Positions 18,016 through 27,483 of a DNA stretch of 64,000 nt are shown one piece after another; positions within the stretch are counted from its first letter, which is position 1; every line of letters begins with the position of its first letter. The stretch comes from Bacteroidales bacterium (GTDB taxonomy: Bacteria > Bacteroidota > Bacteroidia > Bacteroidales > JAADJA01), in assembly GCA_021740645.1 (NCBI GenBank), contig JAIOZL010000022.1:2806-66805 (forward strand). The letters run 5' to 3'. The notes beneath the pieces are model-generated. The model saw only the letters and a list, made by a program, of their open reading frames with translations. It was not told where the DNA came from and searched no databases. The translations under genes and the position numbers were made by a program.

Positions 18016-21000
18016 ATGAAGGAGTCATTTTCCCAATTAAGTAAAGAAGAGTTAATTGCTAAATTAATTAAAGTTAACGATAAGGTTTCGCTTTTGCACA
18101 GAGTCCATGAAGAAGGGCAGGTATTTAAGGCTTATATTGATGCAAAATCACTTTCTTATTTGTATGTCAATAAAAGTTTTAGTAAAATATTTGGCAAATT
18201 ACCTGAAGAAATTATTGGAAAAAAACTTAAATCAGTTCTTGGCTCCAAATGGTTTAATTACATTAAAGAACATATTTCTAAAGCCAGTCAGGGCATCGAA
18301 ACTGAATATGAAAATTTTTTCAATCTGGATAAAAAAGAAAAACGAATTAAGGTCAAATATGCTCCTGATTATGCTTGGGATGGTAAAGTTATAGGAATAA
18401 TAATTACGGCTTTTGATATTACTGAATTATATCAGAAACAAAAGTTGATATCGGAGAAAGAAGCACAACATCGTTCATTTATCGATAATCTTCCAGTTGC
18501 CGTTTTTAGGTCGACCGTTGCAGGAAAATTACTTTCATGTAATAAGGCAATGGCTAAAATGTATGGTTATAGCACAGCAGATGAATTGCTTGAACGACCT
18601 GCTATTGATTTTTATACGAATCCTGCTGATCGGGATTTAATGATAAAAGCGCTCCAAAAAAAAGGATCCGGCAAAAATATAATCACCAAAGAAAAAAAGA
18701 AAGATGGGTCAATCGTCTGGATAAACACTGATTACTCTGCAATAAAAAACCACAAAGGAGAAATCCTTTATATTGATGGTGTTGCCGAGGATATTACGGA
18801 AAAGAAAAAAACCGAAGAGGCCTTTATTGAAAGTGAACAAACCTTGCGATTAGCAGTTCAGACTGCAGGCCTGGGTCTCTGGGACCAGAACTTTAGATCG
18901 GGTGAAACCCACCGGTCAAAATCCTGGTATCAAATGCTCGGATACAAAGAAAGTAGTGAAAAATCTAACCTAAATTTTTGGGAAAGTATTATTCACCCTG
19001 ATGATGCCGCAATCGTGGAAAAAGAATCAAGTAAACATGAACTGGGAAAATCTGATATTTTTGCTATCGAACATCGCCTAAAATGCAAAAATGGTGAATA
19101 TAAGTGGATAAGGAACTGGGGGAAGATTATATCCCGTGATGAAAATGGTAAGCCCTTGAGAGCCATTGGTGTTCACCTGGATATTGATACACAAAAAAAG
19201 GCACAATTAAAAATTATTGAATCGGAACAAAAATTCAGAAGCATCTTTAATAATATTAATGATCCGGTTATCATTCATACACTAAAGGGAGAAATCCTTG
19301 AATGCAATAATGAATCCCTGAAAAAATATGAGTATGAGCCTTCGGAGTTTAAAGGAATAAATATTCTTGACCTCGAGGTCAATGGCCGTGAAATAGCCAA
19401 AAACCAATTTATTAATATAATAGATCGTAAAACTCAGTTTGCGGAGGGCGAACATAAAACAAAATCTGGTAAGATAATTTCTGTGGAAATTCAAGCTAAA
19501 ATCATTAGCCATCTCGGACAGGACGCTGTTATGACTGTGATCAGAGACATTACTGAGCGGAAAGAACTTATAAAGAGGTTCAGGTTATCGCATTCATCAG
19601 TTGAAACGGCAAATGCATGCATTTTTTGGGTAACTCCCGAAGGGCAGTTTTTTTATGTAAATGAAACCGCAACAAAATATCTTGGATACACCAAAGATGA
19701 TCTGGAAGGTAATAATATCAAGAAAATACTTCCGAACTATAATGAAGCAGATAGAAATAATCATTGGAATAACCTAAAAACAAATAATAGTCTAAATTAC
19801 GAAACAGCATTCAAAACTAAGAATGGTAAAATATTCCCCGTGCGGGTTACTGATAATTATATAAATTTTGAAGGTGTTGAATACGAATTTGCATTTGCCA
19901 TTGATATAACCCAGGAAAGAGCTGCCAAACGAACCCTAATTGAAAGTGAAGGGAGATACAGAAACCTTGTCGAAAATTTTCCCGATGGTGTAATTATTCT
20001 TTCGGGTTCAAAAATATTGTATGTTAATAATGCATTGTCTGTCTTGTTTGGAAAAGAATCACCCAATGAAATAATTGGTGATGATATTTATAAATATATT
20101 TTTTCTGACTCTTTAAATGGTAAAACAACCCTTCAGCCAAATACCAATAATACAACTACAAATTACACCATTGAATCCAAATACCTGACCACAGAAGGTA
20201 GCTTAAAACCTTGCGAAATCCTGGTCAGCAATGTTCTTTATAAAGGCATCCCATCAATACAACTTATTTTACGGGATTTATATGAAAGAAAAAAATTAGA
20301 AAATCAGGAAAAAAAATATGCCAAAAAATTAGAAAAGGAGGTGGAAAAGAGGACATTGGAGCTTGCTGCACAGGCTAAAAAATTAGTTGATTCTCAGGCT
20401 GCGCTTACTTTTTTACTTGAGGATGTGAATGAATCCCGGGCTGAACTGATGAAAGTAAATAGTAATCTTGAAAGTGCTAACCAGGAACTTGAGTCGTTTT
20501 CATATACTGTTTCGCACGACTTGCGAGCCCCATTAAGACATATTGATGGGTTCACCCAACTACTCGAAAATAAAATCAGCCCTAAACCCCCTGAAATAAG
20601 TAAATACTTCGACAAGATATACAGTGCATCTATGCACATGCACAGTCTAATCAATGATTTACTTACTTTTTCCAGGTTGGGCCGTAGATATCTTAAAAAA
20701 TCTGTTGTTGATCTCAACTTATTAATAAATGAATTGCTGGTAAAATATGAACCTGATTTCAAAAACAGAGATATCGTCTGGAATATCGATAAACTTCACC
20801 CTATAGTAGGTGATTTTGAAATGTTGAAAATTGCTTTTGACAATCTTTTTTCAAATGCCCTGAAATTTACTTCTAAAAATAAAAACACGATCATTGGGAT
20901 TTCAAGCAAGGAGATTGGTGAGGATCAAATAGAAATTGTAATTCAGGATAATGGTGTTGGATTTGAAATGGAATATATTGATAAAATATTTGGTGTATTC

Positions 21001-21180
21001 GAAAGGCTTCATGATGCCAATGAGTTTCCGGGTACCGGAATAGGCCTTGCAAACGTGAAAAAAATCGTGGATAGCCATATGGGAACTATTCAGGCATTTG
21101 GTGCTCCGGGAAAGGGAGCTACTTTTACTTTAAAATTCCCCGTAATTGAACCAGACATTATTCCTGAATTAAAGTTTTGA
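18016..21180 (+). CDS. Multi-PAS sensor histidine kinase
   Basis: At least 5 PAS/PAC modules, H-box FSYTVSHDLRAPL, and HATPase N/G boxes (NALKFT, DNGVGF, GTGIGLA). ATG at 18016 preferred over the track's TTG at 17989. TGA stop. Confidence 0.85.
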   Translation: MKESFSQLSKEELIAKLIKVNDKVSLLHRVHEEGQVFKAYIDAKSLSYLYVNKSFSKIFGKLPEEIIGKKLKSVLGSKWFNYIKEHISKASQGIETEYENFFNLDKKEKRIKVKYAPDYAWDGKVIGIIITAFDITELYQKQKLISEKEAQHRSFIDNLPVAVFRSTVAGKLLSCNKAMAKMYGYSTADELLERPAIDFYTNPADRDLMIKALQKKGSGKNIITKEKKKDGSIVWINTDYSAIKNHKGEILYIDGVAEDITEKKKTEEAFIESEQTLRLAVQTAGLGLWDQNFRSGETHRSKSWYQMLGYKESSEKSNLNFWESIIHPDDAAIVEKESSKHELGKSDIFAIEHRLKCKNGEYKWIRNWGKIISRDENGKPLRAIGVHLDIDTQKKAQLKIIESEQKFRSIFNNINDPVIIHTLKGEILECNNESLKKYEYEPSEFKGINILDLEVNGREIAKNQFINIIDRKTQFAEGEHKTKSGKIISVEIQAKIISHLGQDAVMTVIRDITERKELIKRFRLSHSSVETANACIFWVTPEGQFFYVNETATKYLGYTKDDLEGNNIKKILPNYNEADRNNHWNNLKTNNSLNYETAFKTKNGKIFPVRVTDNYINFEGVEYEFAFAIDITQERAAKRTLIESEGRYRNLVENFPDGVIILSGSKILYVNNALSVLFGKESPNEIIGDDIYKYIFSDSLNGKTTLQPNTNNTTTNYTIESKYLTTEGSLKPCEILVSNVLYKGIPSIQLILRDLYERKKLENQEKKYAKKLEKEVEKRTLELAAQAKKLVDSQAALTFLLEDVNESRAELMKVNSNLESANQELESFSYTVSHDLRAPLRHIDGFTQLLENKISPKPPEISKYFDKIYSASMHMHSLINDLLTFSRLGRRYLKKSVVDLNLLINELLVKYEPDFKNRDIVWNIDKLHPIVGDFEMLKIAFDNLFSNALKFTSKNKNTIIGISSKEIGEDQIEIVIQDNGVGFEMEYIDKIFGVFERLHDANEFPGTGIGLANVKKIVDSHMGTIQAFGAPGKGATFTLKFPVIEPDIIPELKF

Positions 21181-21250
21181 TACTATTTTTTATCAACAAA
21201 TTTTTTAAAAACTAATAAATTGTATATTTTTATGCACAAAATATTGAGGT

Positions 21251-21684
21251 ATGAGCGATTTACCAAGAATTCTTCTGGTCGAAGACAATGAAAACGACAT
21301 TGAACTAACACTTACTGCACTTGAAGAAAACAATCTTGCAAACCGTGTAGATGTGGTAAGAAATGGAGTTGAAGCAATGGAGTATCTCCTTTGTGAAGGA
21401 AGCTATAAAAATAGGGAAAAGATAAATCCATTGTTATTTTACTGGATATTAAAATGCCCAAAATGGATGGACAACAGGTACTAAAAAATATAAAAAGTAA
21501 CGATGATCTCAATAACATTCCTGTTGTAATGCTTACCTCCTCTAATCTTGATAAAGATATCATTGAAAGTTATAGCTCAGGGGTAAACGCCTATGTAGTA
21601 AAGCCTATTGATTTTGCTGAATTTCAAAATGCCGTTAAAAATCTGGGTATTTTTTGGGCGCTTATAAACAGAACGGCTAAGTAA
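21251..21684 (+). pseudogene. CheY-like response regulator (receiver only) split by a 1-nt frameshift
   Basis: Track ORFs 21251..21484 and 21454..21684 together encode one receiver: LLVEDNEND, then ILLDIKMPKMDG, MLTSS, YVVKP. The frames join between 21415 and 21432, next to an A4 run. Confidence 0.75.
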
Positions 21685-21721
21685 GGTACTATCTGATTCT
21701 TAATGCATATTCATTTTTTCA

Positions 21722-22192
21722 ATGCCTCTTTTTGTAACCATATATTTTAGCCTACTTTGCTTTGGCTTTTCTGATTATTCCTCTGGCCAGGAAAAAATTG
21801 ACTTTCCCCAAATATTAAATAATCTGCCGGGTTTATGGGCTTCTGATGGATCGGTCAGCTTTGAAAAATGGGATATCGCCAGTTGGGGATATACAGGAGT
21901 AGGCTTTTATGTGAATAGCAACGATACTATAGTTACTGAAACATTAAAAATATTCCGGGAGTCAGAAGATATTTATTATGAAGCCACCGTTATGGACCAA
22001 AATGATGGCAAAGGGGTAAAGTTTAAGCTGCTTAAAATGGGTGATAATTTTGCCCTTTTTCAAAACAAGAAGCATGACTATCCACAACAAATAAAGTATA
22101 CTTTTAATGGAAAAAATTCATTGATAGTCGAGATAATTGGTGAGATTGAAGGGGGCCTAAAATCAATTCAGTTTAAATTTTCAAAACAATAA
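21722..22192 (+). CDS. Secreted hypothetical protein
   Basis: 156 aa with a hydrophobic N-terminus. No motif recognised. Confidence 0.35.
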   Translation: MPLFVTIYFSLLCFGFSDYSSGQEKIDFPQILNNLPGLWASDGSVSFEKWDIASWGYTGVGFYVNSNDTIVTETLKIFRESEDIYYEATVMDQNDGKGVKFKLLKMGDNFALFQNKKHDYPQQIKYTFNGKNSLIVEIIGEIEGGLKSIQFKFSKQ

Positions 22193-22198
22193 ATTAAA

Positions 22199-23239
22199 CT
22201 ATAATTTCAATAAAAAATCCATCGTATCCACATTATCGGAATAATCCCATAGTGGGGGGTTCTGTGCAGATCCAAAATCACATATTGTTTTGTAAACTTT
22301 CTCTTTACTTACAATAACCTGGATTAACTCCTTATCATTAATAAATTTATTCTTAAGAGCATCAACTGAGGTATAAGATTCATAATAAATTACAGATGGT
22401 GGTGACGCATAAGCTTCATTTTCAATTATCATTACAAATCCGTTATCAAAATGTTTCACATTATTTATCAGGAAAATCGACCGGTAATAATCATAATTAT
22501 TCATATATTTATGGTGATTCCTTATCTCGCTGAAATGGGCAAAAGAATCAAGTAAATTGCTGAAATTAAAGCCCTCCGGTACAAATATTTTCGAAATACT
22601 TCTGCAACCCAACCCAAAGTATGTAAAAATATCTCTGCCAAGACCTTCTAATTCTGTATCAGTCTCCTCACCGGTCAATACAGCCACTCCATTCCTGTTT
22701 TTTCGGATGATATGCGGGTACTTGCCAAAGTAATATTCAAAATACCTGGAGGTATTATTACTGCCCGTTGCAATCACCGCATCAAATCCTTTTAACATTC
22801 CATCAATGAAAGTTATTCTCTCCCCTATACCTGGTTCAAAATTTATAAGTACTTTGGCGAGCTCTGGTAATAAAATGTTGTCATCTGATGATAGTTTTCC
22901 CAAATATTTATTTCCTGAAAGAAGCACGCACAGGAAGTCATGAAATCCAACAAGAGGAATATTGCCGGCAGAAATCACCCCGATTTGCTTCGGTTTCCTA
23001 TCCGTCATTGTCTTGTCAAAGTAGGGTTTAATCCATTTTGAAAGATTTTCTTCTTTCAGATTATTCCCAATAACAGCCATGGCAAAGTTGATATTTTCAA
23101 TAGTGAACCATGGGTTAGTATGAATTGCCTTTTCTATTGCAGGATAAAAATCTGAGTGGCCCTGTCCTGTATTTGGCAATTCTTTACGAATATAAAGGCC
23201 TGTTTTCACTAATGCATCAATAATTTTAATGGTATCCAT
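22199..23239 (-). CDS. Acyl-CoA reductase (LuxC-like) family protein
   Basis: 346 aa. The GVISAGNIPLVGFHDFLCVLLSGN block resembles Bacteroidota LuxC-type acyl-CoA reductases. This is from memory, not searched. Confidence 0.55.
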   Translation of the reverse strand: MDTIKIIDALVKTGLYIRKELPNTGQGHSDFYPAIEKAIHTNPWFTIENINFAMAVIGNNLKEENLSKWIKPYFDKTMTDRKPKQIGVISAGNIPLVGFHDFLCVLLSGNKYLGKLSSDDNILLPELAKVLINFEPGIGERITFIDGMLKGFDAVIATGSNNTSRYFEYYFGKYPHIIRKNRNGVAVLTGEETDTELEGLGRDIFTYFGLGCRSISKIFVPEGFNFSNLLDSFAHFSEIRNHHKYMNNYDYYRSIFLINNVKHFDNGFVMIIENEAYASPPSVIYYESYTSVDALKNKFINDKELIQVIVSKEKVYKTICDFGSAQNPPLWDYSDNVDTMDFLLKL

Positions 23240-23483
23240 CGCCTGTTAATATTCCGCCATTCGGCCTGTAAGTATTTCTATTTATAAAGTTCATTGGCGA
23301 AGGTAATGAATATTGGAAAAAAGTATTGAAAAATCACGTGCAAATTGATCCAAGTAATATTTAATCCGATTGATTTAAATCTGATATTGACAATTTTTTA
23401 TACCGCCCTACTTTAGAAGGTTTCCAAATTATAATCCCACCCAAAATAATCCTCTAATTGTTATTAATTTCACAAGAAAATTA

Positions 23484-23491
23484 TACTTTTG
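23484..23491 (+). promoter_or_regulatory. Candidate -7 box (TACTTTTG) for serC
   Basis: Matches TAnnTTTG, 48 nt upstream of the serC ATG. Confidence 0.35.
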
Positions 23492-23538
23492 CCCTTTATA
23501 TATCTTACAGAGAATTTTAACGATAAAATCAAACAGAC

Positions 23539-24606
23539 ATGAAAAAACATAATTTTTATGCCGGCCCTTCAATTTTACCGCAATACACCATAGAAAATAC
23601 TGCTAAAGCAGTTTTGGATTTTGCCGGGACTGGTTTAAGTGTAATGGAAGTTTCACATCGCAGTAAAGAATTCGTAGCGGTAGTTGACGAAGCCATAGCC
23701 TTATTTAAAGAATTACTAAGTATTCCGGAAGGATACTCTGTTCTCTTTTTAGGTGGGGGGGCAAGCCTGCAGTTTGCAATGGTTCCCTACAACTTTTTAA
23801 ATAAAAAAGCCGCCTACCTAAATACCGGAGTTTGGGCTAAGAAAGCAATAAAGGAGGCGAAATTTTTTGGAGAAACAGTGGTTGTAGCGAGCAGTGAGGA
23901 CGCTGTTTTTAACTACGTTCCAAAAAACTATACGATACCTACAGATGCTGATTATTTTCATATTACTACCAACAATACTATTTATGGTACTGAAATCAGG
24001 AAAGATATTGATTCACCGGTACCTCTTATTGCCGATATGTCTTCCGACATTTTCAGCCGTCCCATTGACATTTCAAAATATGCGATGATTTATGGCGGAG
24101 CTCAAAAAAACCTGGCTCCTTCCGGGGTTACTTTTGTCATAGTTAAAAATGAGGCTTTAGGAAAAGTTGACAGGTCTATTCCTACAATGCTTAACTATCA
24201 AACACATATCGATAGCGAGTCCATGTTCAACACTCCGCCTTGTTTGCCGATATATGCTGCTTTGCAAACGCTAAAATGGTTAAAAGATAATGGCGGGATT
24301 AAGGTGATGGAAAAGAAAAATATTGAAAAAGCCAATTTGCTTTATAACGAAATTGATCGTAACAAATTCTTTAAAGGCACTGCTGCTATCGAAGACAGAT
24401 CTCTAATGAATATCTGCTTTGTTATGAGCGACGAATATAAGGAGCTCGAGACCGCGTTTTATAATTTTGCATCAGCCAAAGGAATGATTGGAATTAAAGG
24501 CCATAGATCTGTTGGTGGATTCAGGGCATCAACTTATAATGCATTACCTAAGGAGAGTGTGGAAGCATTGGTAGCAACTATGAAGGAATTTGAAAAAAAT
24601 AACTAA
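23539..24606 (+). CDS. serC: Phosphoserine aminotransferase
   Basis: 355 aa. N-terminal [10 protein letters not shown], class V aminotransferase fold, GGFRAS motif. Confidence 0.9.
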   Translation: MKKHNFYAGPSILPQYTIENTAKAVLDFAGTGLSVMEVSHRSKEFVAVVDEAIALFKELLSIPEGYSVLFLGGGASLQFAMVPYNFLNKKAAYLNTGVWAKKAIKEAKFFGETVVVASSEDAVFNYVPKNYTIPTDADYFHITTNNTIYGTEIRKDIDSPVPLIADMSSDIFSRPIDISKYAMIYGGAQKNLAPSGVTFVIVKNEALGKVDRSIPTMLNYQTHIDSESMFNTPPCLPIYAALQTLKWLKDNGGIKVMEKKNIEKANLLYNEIDRNKFFKGTAAIEDRSLMNICFVMSDEYKELETAFYNFASAKGMIGIKGHRSVGGFRASTYNALPKESVEALVATMKEFEKNN

Positions 24607-24634
24607 ATATTCAGCTCATTAAAATTTAATTACA

Positions 24635-25555
24635 ATGATAAAAGTACTTGTAGCAACGGAGAAACCTTTTGCACCAGAGGCAGTTAATGGTATTAAAAAT
24701 ATATTTGACAAGGCTGGTTACCAAACCATTTTACTTGAGAAATATACTAACCAGGCTGATTTCATAAAGGCTGTTGAAAATGTTAATGGCCTGATAATAA
24801 GAAGTGATAAAGCCACTAAAGAAGTTATTGAAGCTGGTAAAAATCTGAAAATCATTGTGAGAGCTGGCGCTGGCTACGATAACATTGATCTTGAGGCAGC
24901 AACAGCTAATAATGTGGTGGCCATGAACACACCGGGCCAAAACTCTAATGCTGTGGCAGAATTAGCTATTGGAATGATGATTTATAAAGCCCGGAATATG
25001 TTCAATGGAAGTGCAGGAAAAGAGCTCAAAGGTAAAAAAATAGGGATACATGCTTTTGGCCATGTGGGGCAGCTGGTAGGAAACATTGCAAAAGGATTTG
25101 GAATGGAAGTATTTGCTTTTGATCCATTTATAGCTGATGAAAAAATTAAGGACCTGGGGGCAACTCCGGTTAGCGATGTGAAGGAACTTTATAGAAATTG
25201 CGAGTATATTTCTCTGCATATCCCGGCAAATGAGGCGACAAAAAAGTCGATAAATTATGACTTGTTATCTCAAATGCCCCAAGGCGCAACCTTGGTAAAT
25301 ACTGCAAGAAAAGAAGTCATTGACGAGGAAGGCCTTAAAAAAGTTTTTGAAGAAAGGAAGGACTTTGTTTATCTGTCTGATATCGCACCGGATTGTAAAG
25401 ATGAGCTTGAAAATAACTTTGAAGGCAGGTTCTTTTTTACCCCCAAAAAAATGGGCGCACAAACTGCAGAAGCAAATATAAATGCGGGTCTTGCTGCTGC
25501 AAATCAAATCGTTGATTTTATCGAAAAAGGCATAGCAACTTTCAAAGTAAACTAG
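24635..25555 (+). CDS. serA: D-3-phosphoglycerate dehydrogenase (short form, no ACT domain)
   Basis: D-2-hydroxyacid dehydrogenase fold, NAD motif GIHAFGHVG. Adjacent to serC. Confidence 0.85.
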   Translation: MIKVLVATEKPFAPEAVNGIKNIFDKAGYQTILLEKYTNQADFIKAVENVNGLIIRSDKATKEVIEAGKNLKIIVRAGAGYDNIDLEAATANNVVAMNTPGQNSNAVAELAIGMMIYKARNMFNGSAGKELKGKKIGIHAFGHVGQLVGNIAKGFGMEVFAFDPFIADEKIKDLGATPVSDVKELYRNCEYISLHIPANEATKKSINYDLLSQMPQGATLVNTARKEVIDEEGLKKVFEERKDFVYLSDIAPDCKDELENNFEGRFFFTPKKMGAQTAEANINAGLAAANQIVDFIEKGIATFKVN

Positions 25556-25653
25556 ATTGCCTGTTATCATAGCATCTGTAATTGTTTTCCGAAAGCGTTA
25601 GGGTGTTTGACTTGTATATTAAATAAGTGGTTATTAATTTTTAAGCTATTAAC

Positions 25654-26154
25654 ATGGACAACGAAACAACTCAAAATGGAACTTTTTTTAGATTTGAAGA
25701 CCTGCGTGTGTACCACAAAACATTAGATTATATCGATTGGGTATATAATGCAGCTAACCAACTCCCGACAAACTGCTCAAGCGTTTTGTCCAAAAAATTT
25801 ATCCATTCAGCTCAGGCCATCTCATTCTATATTGCAGAGGGTTCCTCGCGAAACAAAAGTCAGTTTATTTATTATCTTAAAATGGCAAAAAGCTCTGTTC
25901 GTGAATGTGTTGTATTGACCAGTATTGCAGAAAAACAAAATTTATTCAACCAAATCCAGGTGGATGAATCGCGGAATGAGTTAATGGAAATGACTAAAAT
26001 GCTTGGGGCATTAATTGGTTCATTGCAAAAATCCAATGGTAAAAATGGCAACAGGAGTAAACCGAATTACAGGGATAAAAATCAGGAAAATTATAAATAT
26101 GAGGATTCTGATGACCTTCTTCCTTTTGATACGGTTGATAGCAATCACTATTAA
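25654..26154 (+). CDS. Four-helix-bundle protein (23S rRNA IVS protein / Avd-like family) with a low-complexity C-terminal tail
   Basis: FRFEDLRVYHKTLDYIDWVY start and an AEGSSR motif typical of this family. The 40-aa N/K/D-rich tail is atypical. Confidence 0.6.
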   Translation: MDNETTQNGTFFRFEDLRVYHKTLDYIDWVYNAANQLPTNCSSVLSKKFIHSAQAISFYIAEGSSRNKSQFIYYLKMAKSSVRECVVLTSIAEKQNLFNQIQVDESRNELMEMTKMLGALIGSLQKSNGKNGNRSKPNYRDKNQENYKYEDSDDLLPFDTVDSNHY

Positions 26155-26170
26155 TTAATTTTACAAAACT

Positions 26171-27418
26171 ATGGCAGTAATTAAGGCATTCAGGGGGATA
26201 AGGCCCCCTGCAGATTTAGTTAAACAGGTCGCATCAAGGCCATACGATGTTTTAAATTCAGAAGAAGCCCGGTTAGAAGCAAAAGGGAATGAACATTCAT
26301 TACTTCATATCATAAAACCTGAAATAGACCTTGATCCGGCAATGGATGTGCATGACCAGGCAGTATATGACAAAGCAAAAGAAAATTTTGGCCTTTTTAT
26401 TGAAAAATCCTGGCTAATCCAGGATGACGAAGAATACCTCTATATCTATGGACAAACCATGTGGAATAAAACCCAATATGGCCTTGTGGGGTGTGCTTCA
26501 GTGGATGATTACCTTAACAATGTGATAAAAAAGCATGAATTAACCAGGCCTGATAAAGAAGAAGACAGGATGAAGCATGTACGTATTAATAATGCGAACA
26601 TTGAGCCTGTATTTTTCTCCTACCCTGCTCATGCTGAACTGGATGGCTTAATTAAGAACTTTGTTAAAACCAACATCCCTGAATACGACTTCGTAGCAGA
26701 TGATGGAATAGGTCATCATTTTTGGGTGATTAAAGATACAGCTCTAATCGATAAAATAATTCAACTCTTTGAAGGAATACCTTCAACCTATGTGGCCGAT
26801 GGTCATCATAGAACAGCTGCAGCTGCACTTGTAGGTAAAGAGAAAAAGGATATGAATCCCAACCATACGGGAAAAGAGGAATATAATTTCTTTTTAGCTG
26901 TGCATTTTCCCGATGATCAGTTAACCATTATCGATTACAACCGGGTGGTTAAAGATCTGAATGGATTGGATAAGGATACACTTATTGACAGGTTGAAATC
27001 TGGCTTTGAAGTGGAATTAAAAGGCAAGGATATCTATAAGCCCGAATCATTGCATAATTTCAGCATGTACCTTGATGGTAGCTGGTATTCCTTAACTGCG
27101 AAACAAGGCACTTATGATGATAACGATCCCATTGGTGTGCTTGATGTGACCATACTTTCTAACGAAGTTTTAGAGCCTATTTTGGGCATAGAAGATTTAA
27201 GGCGTTCCACCCGTATTGACTTCGTGGGAGGAATCCGTGGACTCGAAGAACTTAAAAAGAGAGTGGATAGCAAAGAAATGAAGGTAGCTTTTGCTTTGTA
27301 TCCAGTATCAATGAAACAATTAATTGACATAGCAGATAGTGGAAATATCATGCCACCAAAAACCACATGGTTTGAACCTAAACTCAGAAGTGGCCTGGTT
27401 ATTCATGCTTTGGATTAG
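26171..27418 (+). CDS. DUF1015 family protein
   Basis: 415 aa. Conserved ADGHHRTAAA block. The family often follows serC-serA in Bacteroidota. Confidence 0.75.
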   Translation: MAVIKAFRGIRPPADLVKQVASRPYDVLNSEEARLEAKGNEHSLLHIIKPEIDLDPAMDVHDQAVYDKAKENFGLFIEKSWLIQDDEEYLYIYGQTMWNKTQYGLVGCASVDDYLNNVIKKHELTRPDKEEDRMKHVRINNANIEPVFFSYPAHAELDGLIKNFVKTNIPEYDFVADDGIGHHFWVIKDTALIDKIIQLFEGIPSTYVADGHHRTAAAALVGKEKKDMNPNHTGKEEYNFFLAVHFPDDQLTIIDYNRVVKDLNGLDKDTLIDRLKSGFEVELKGKDIYKPESLHNFSMYLDGSWYSLTAKQGTYDDNDPIGVLDVTILSNEVLEPILGIEDLRRSTRIDFVGGIRGLEELKKRVDSKEMKVAFALYPVSMKQLIDIADSGNIMPPKTTWFEPKLRSGLVIHALD

Positions 27419-27483
27419 AAATGATTTTATTATAAAATCCGGGGCCATATTCTTTGAAATATGGCCTTTTTTGTTTCACTATT

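Noticed and set aside
25654-26154. The four-helix-bundle (Avd-like) gene might mark a diversity-generating retroelement.
   Set aside because: No reverse transcriptase gene and no template/variable repeat pair are visible within several kb on either side.
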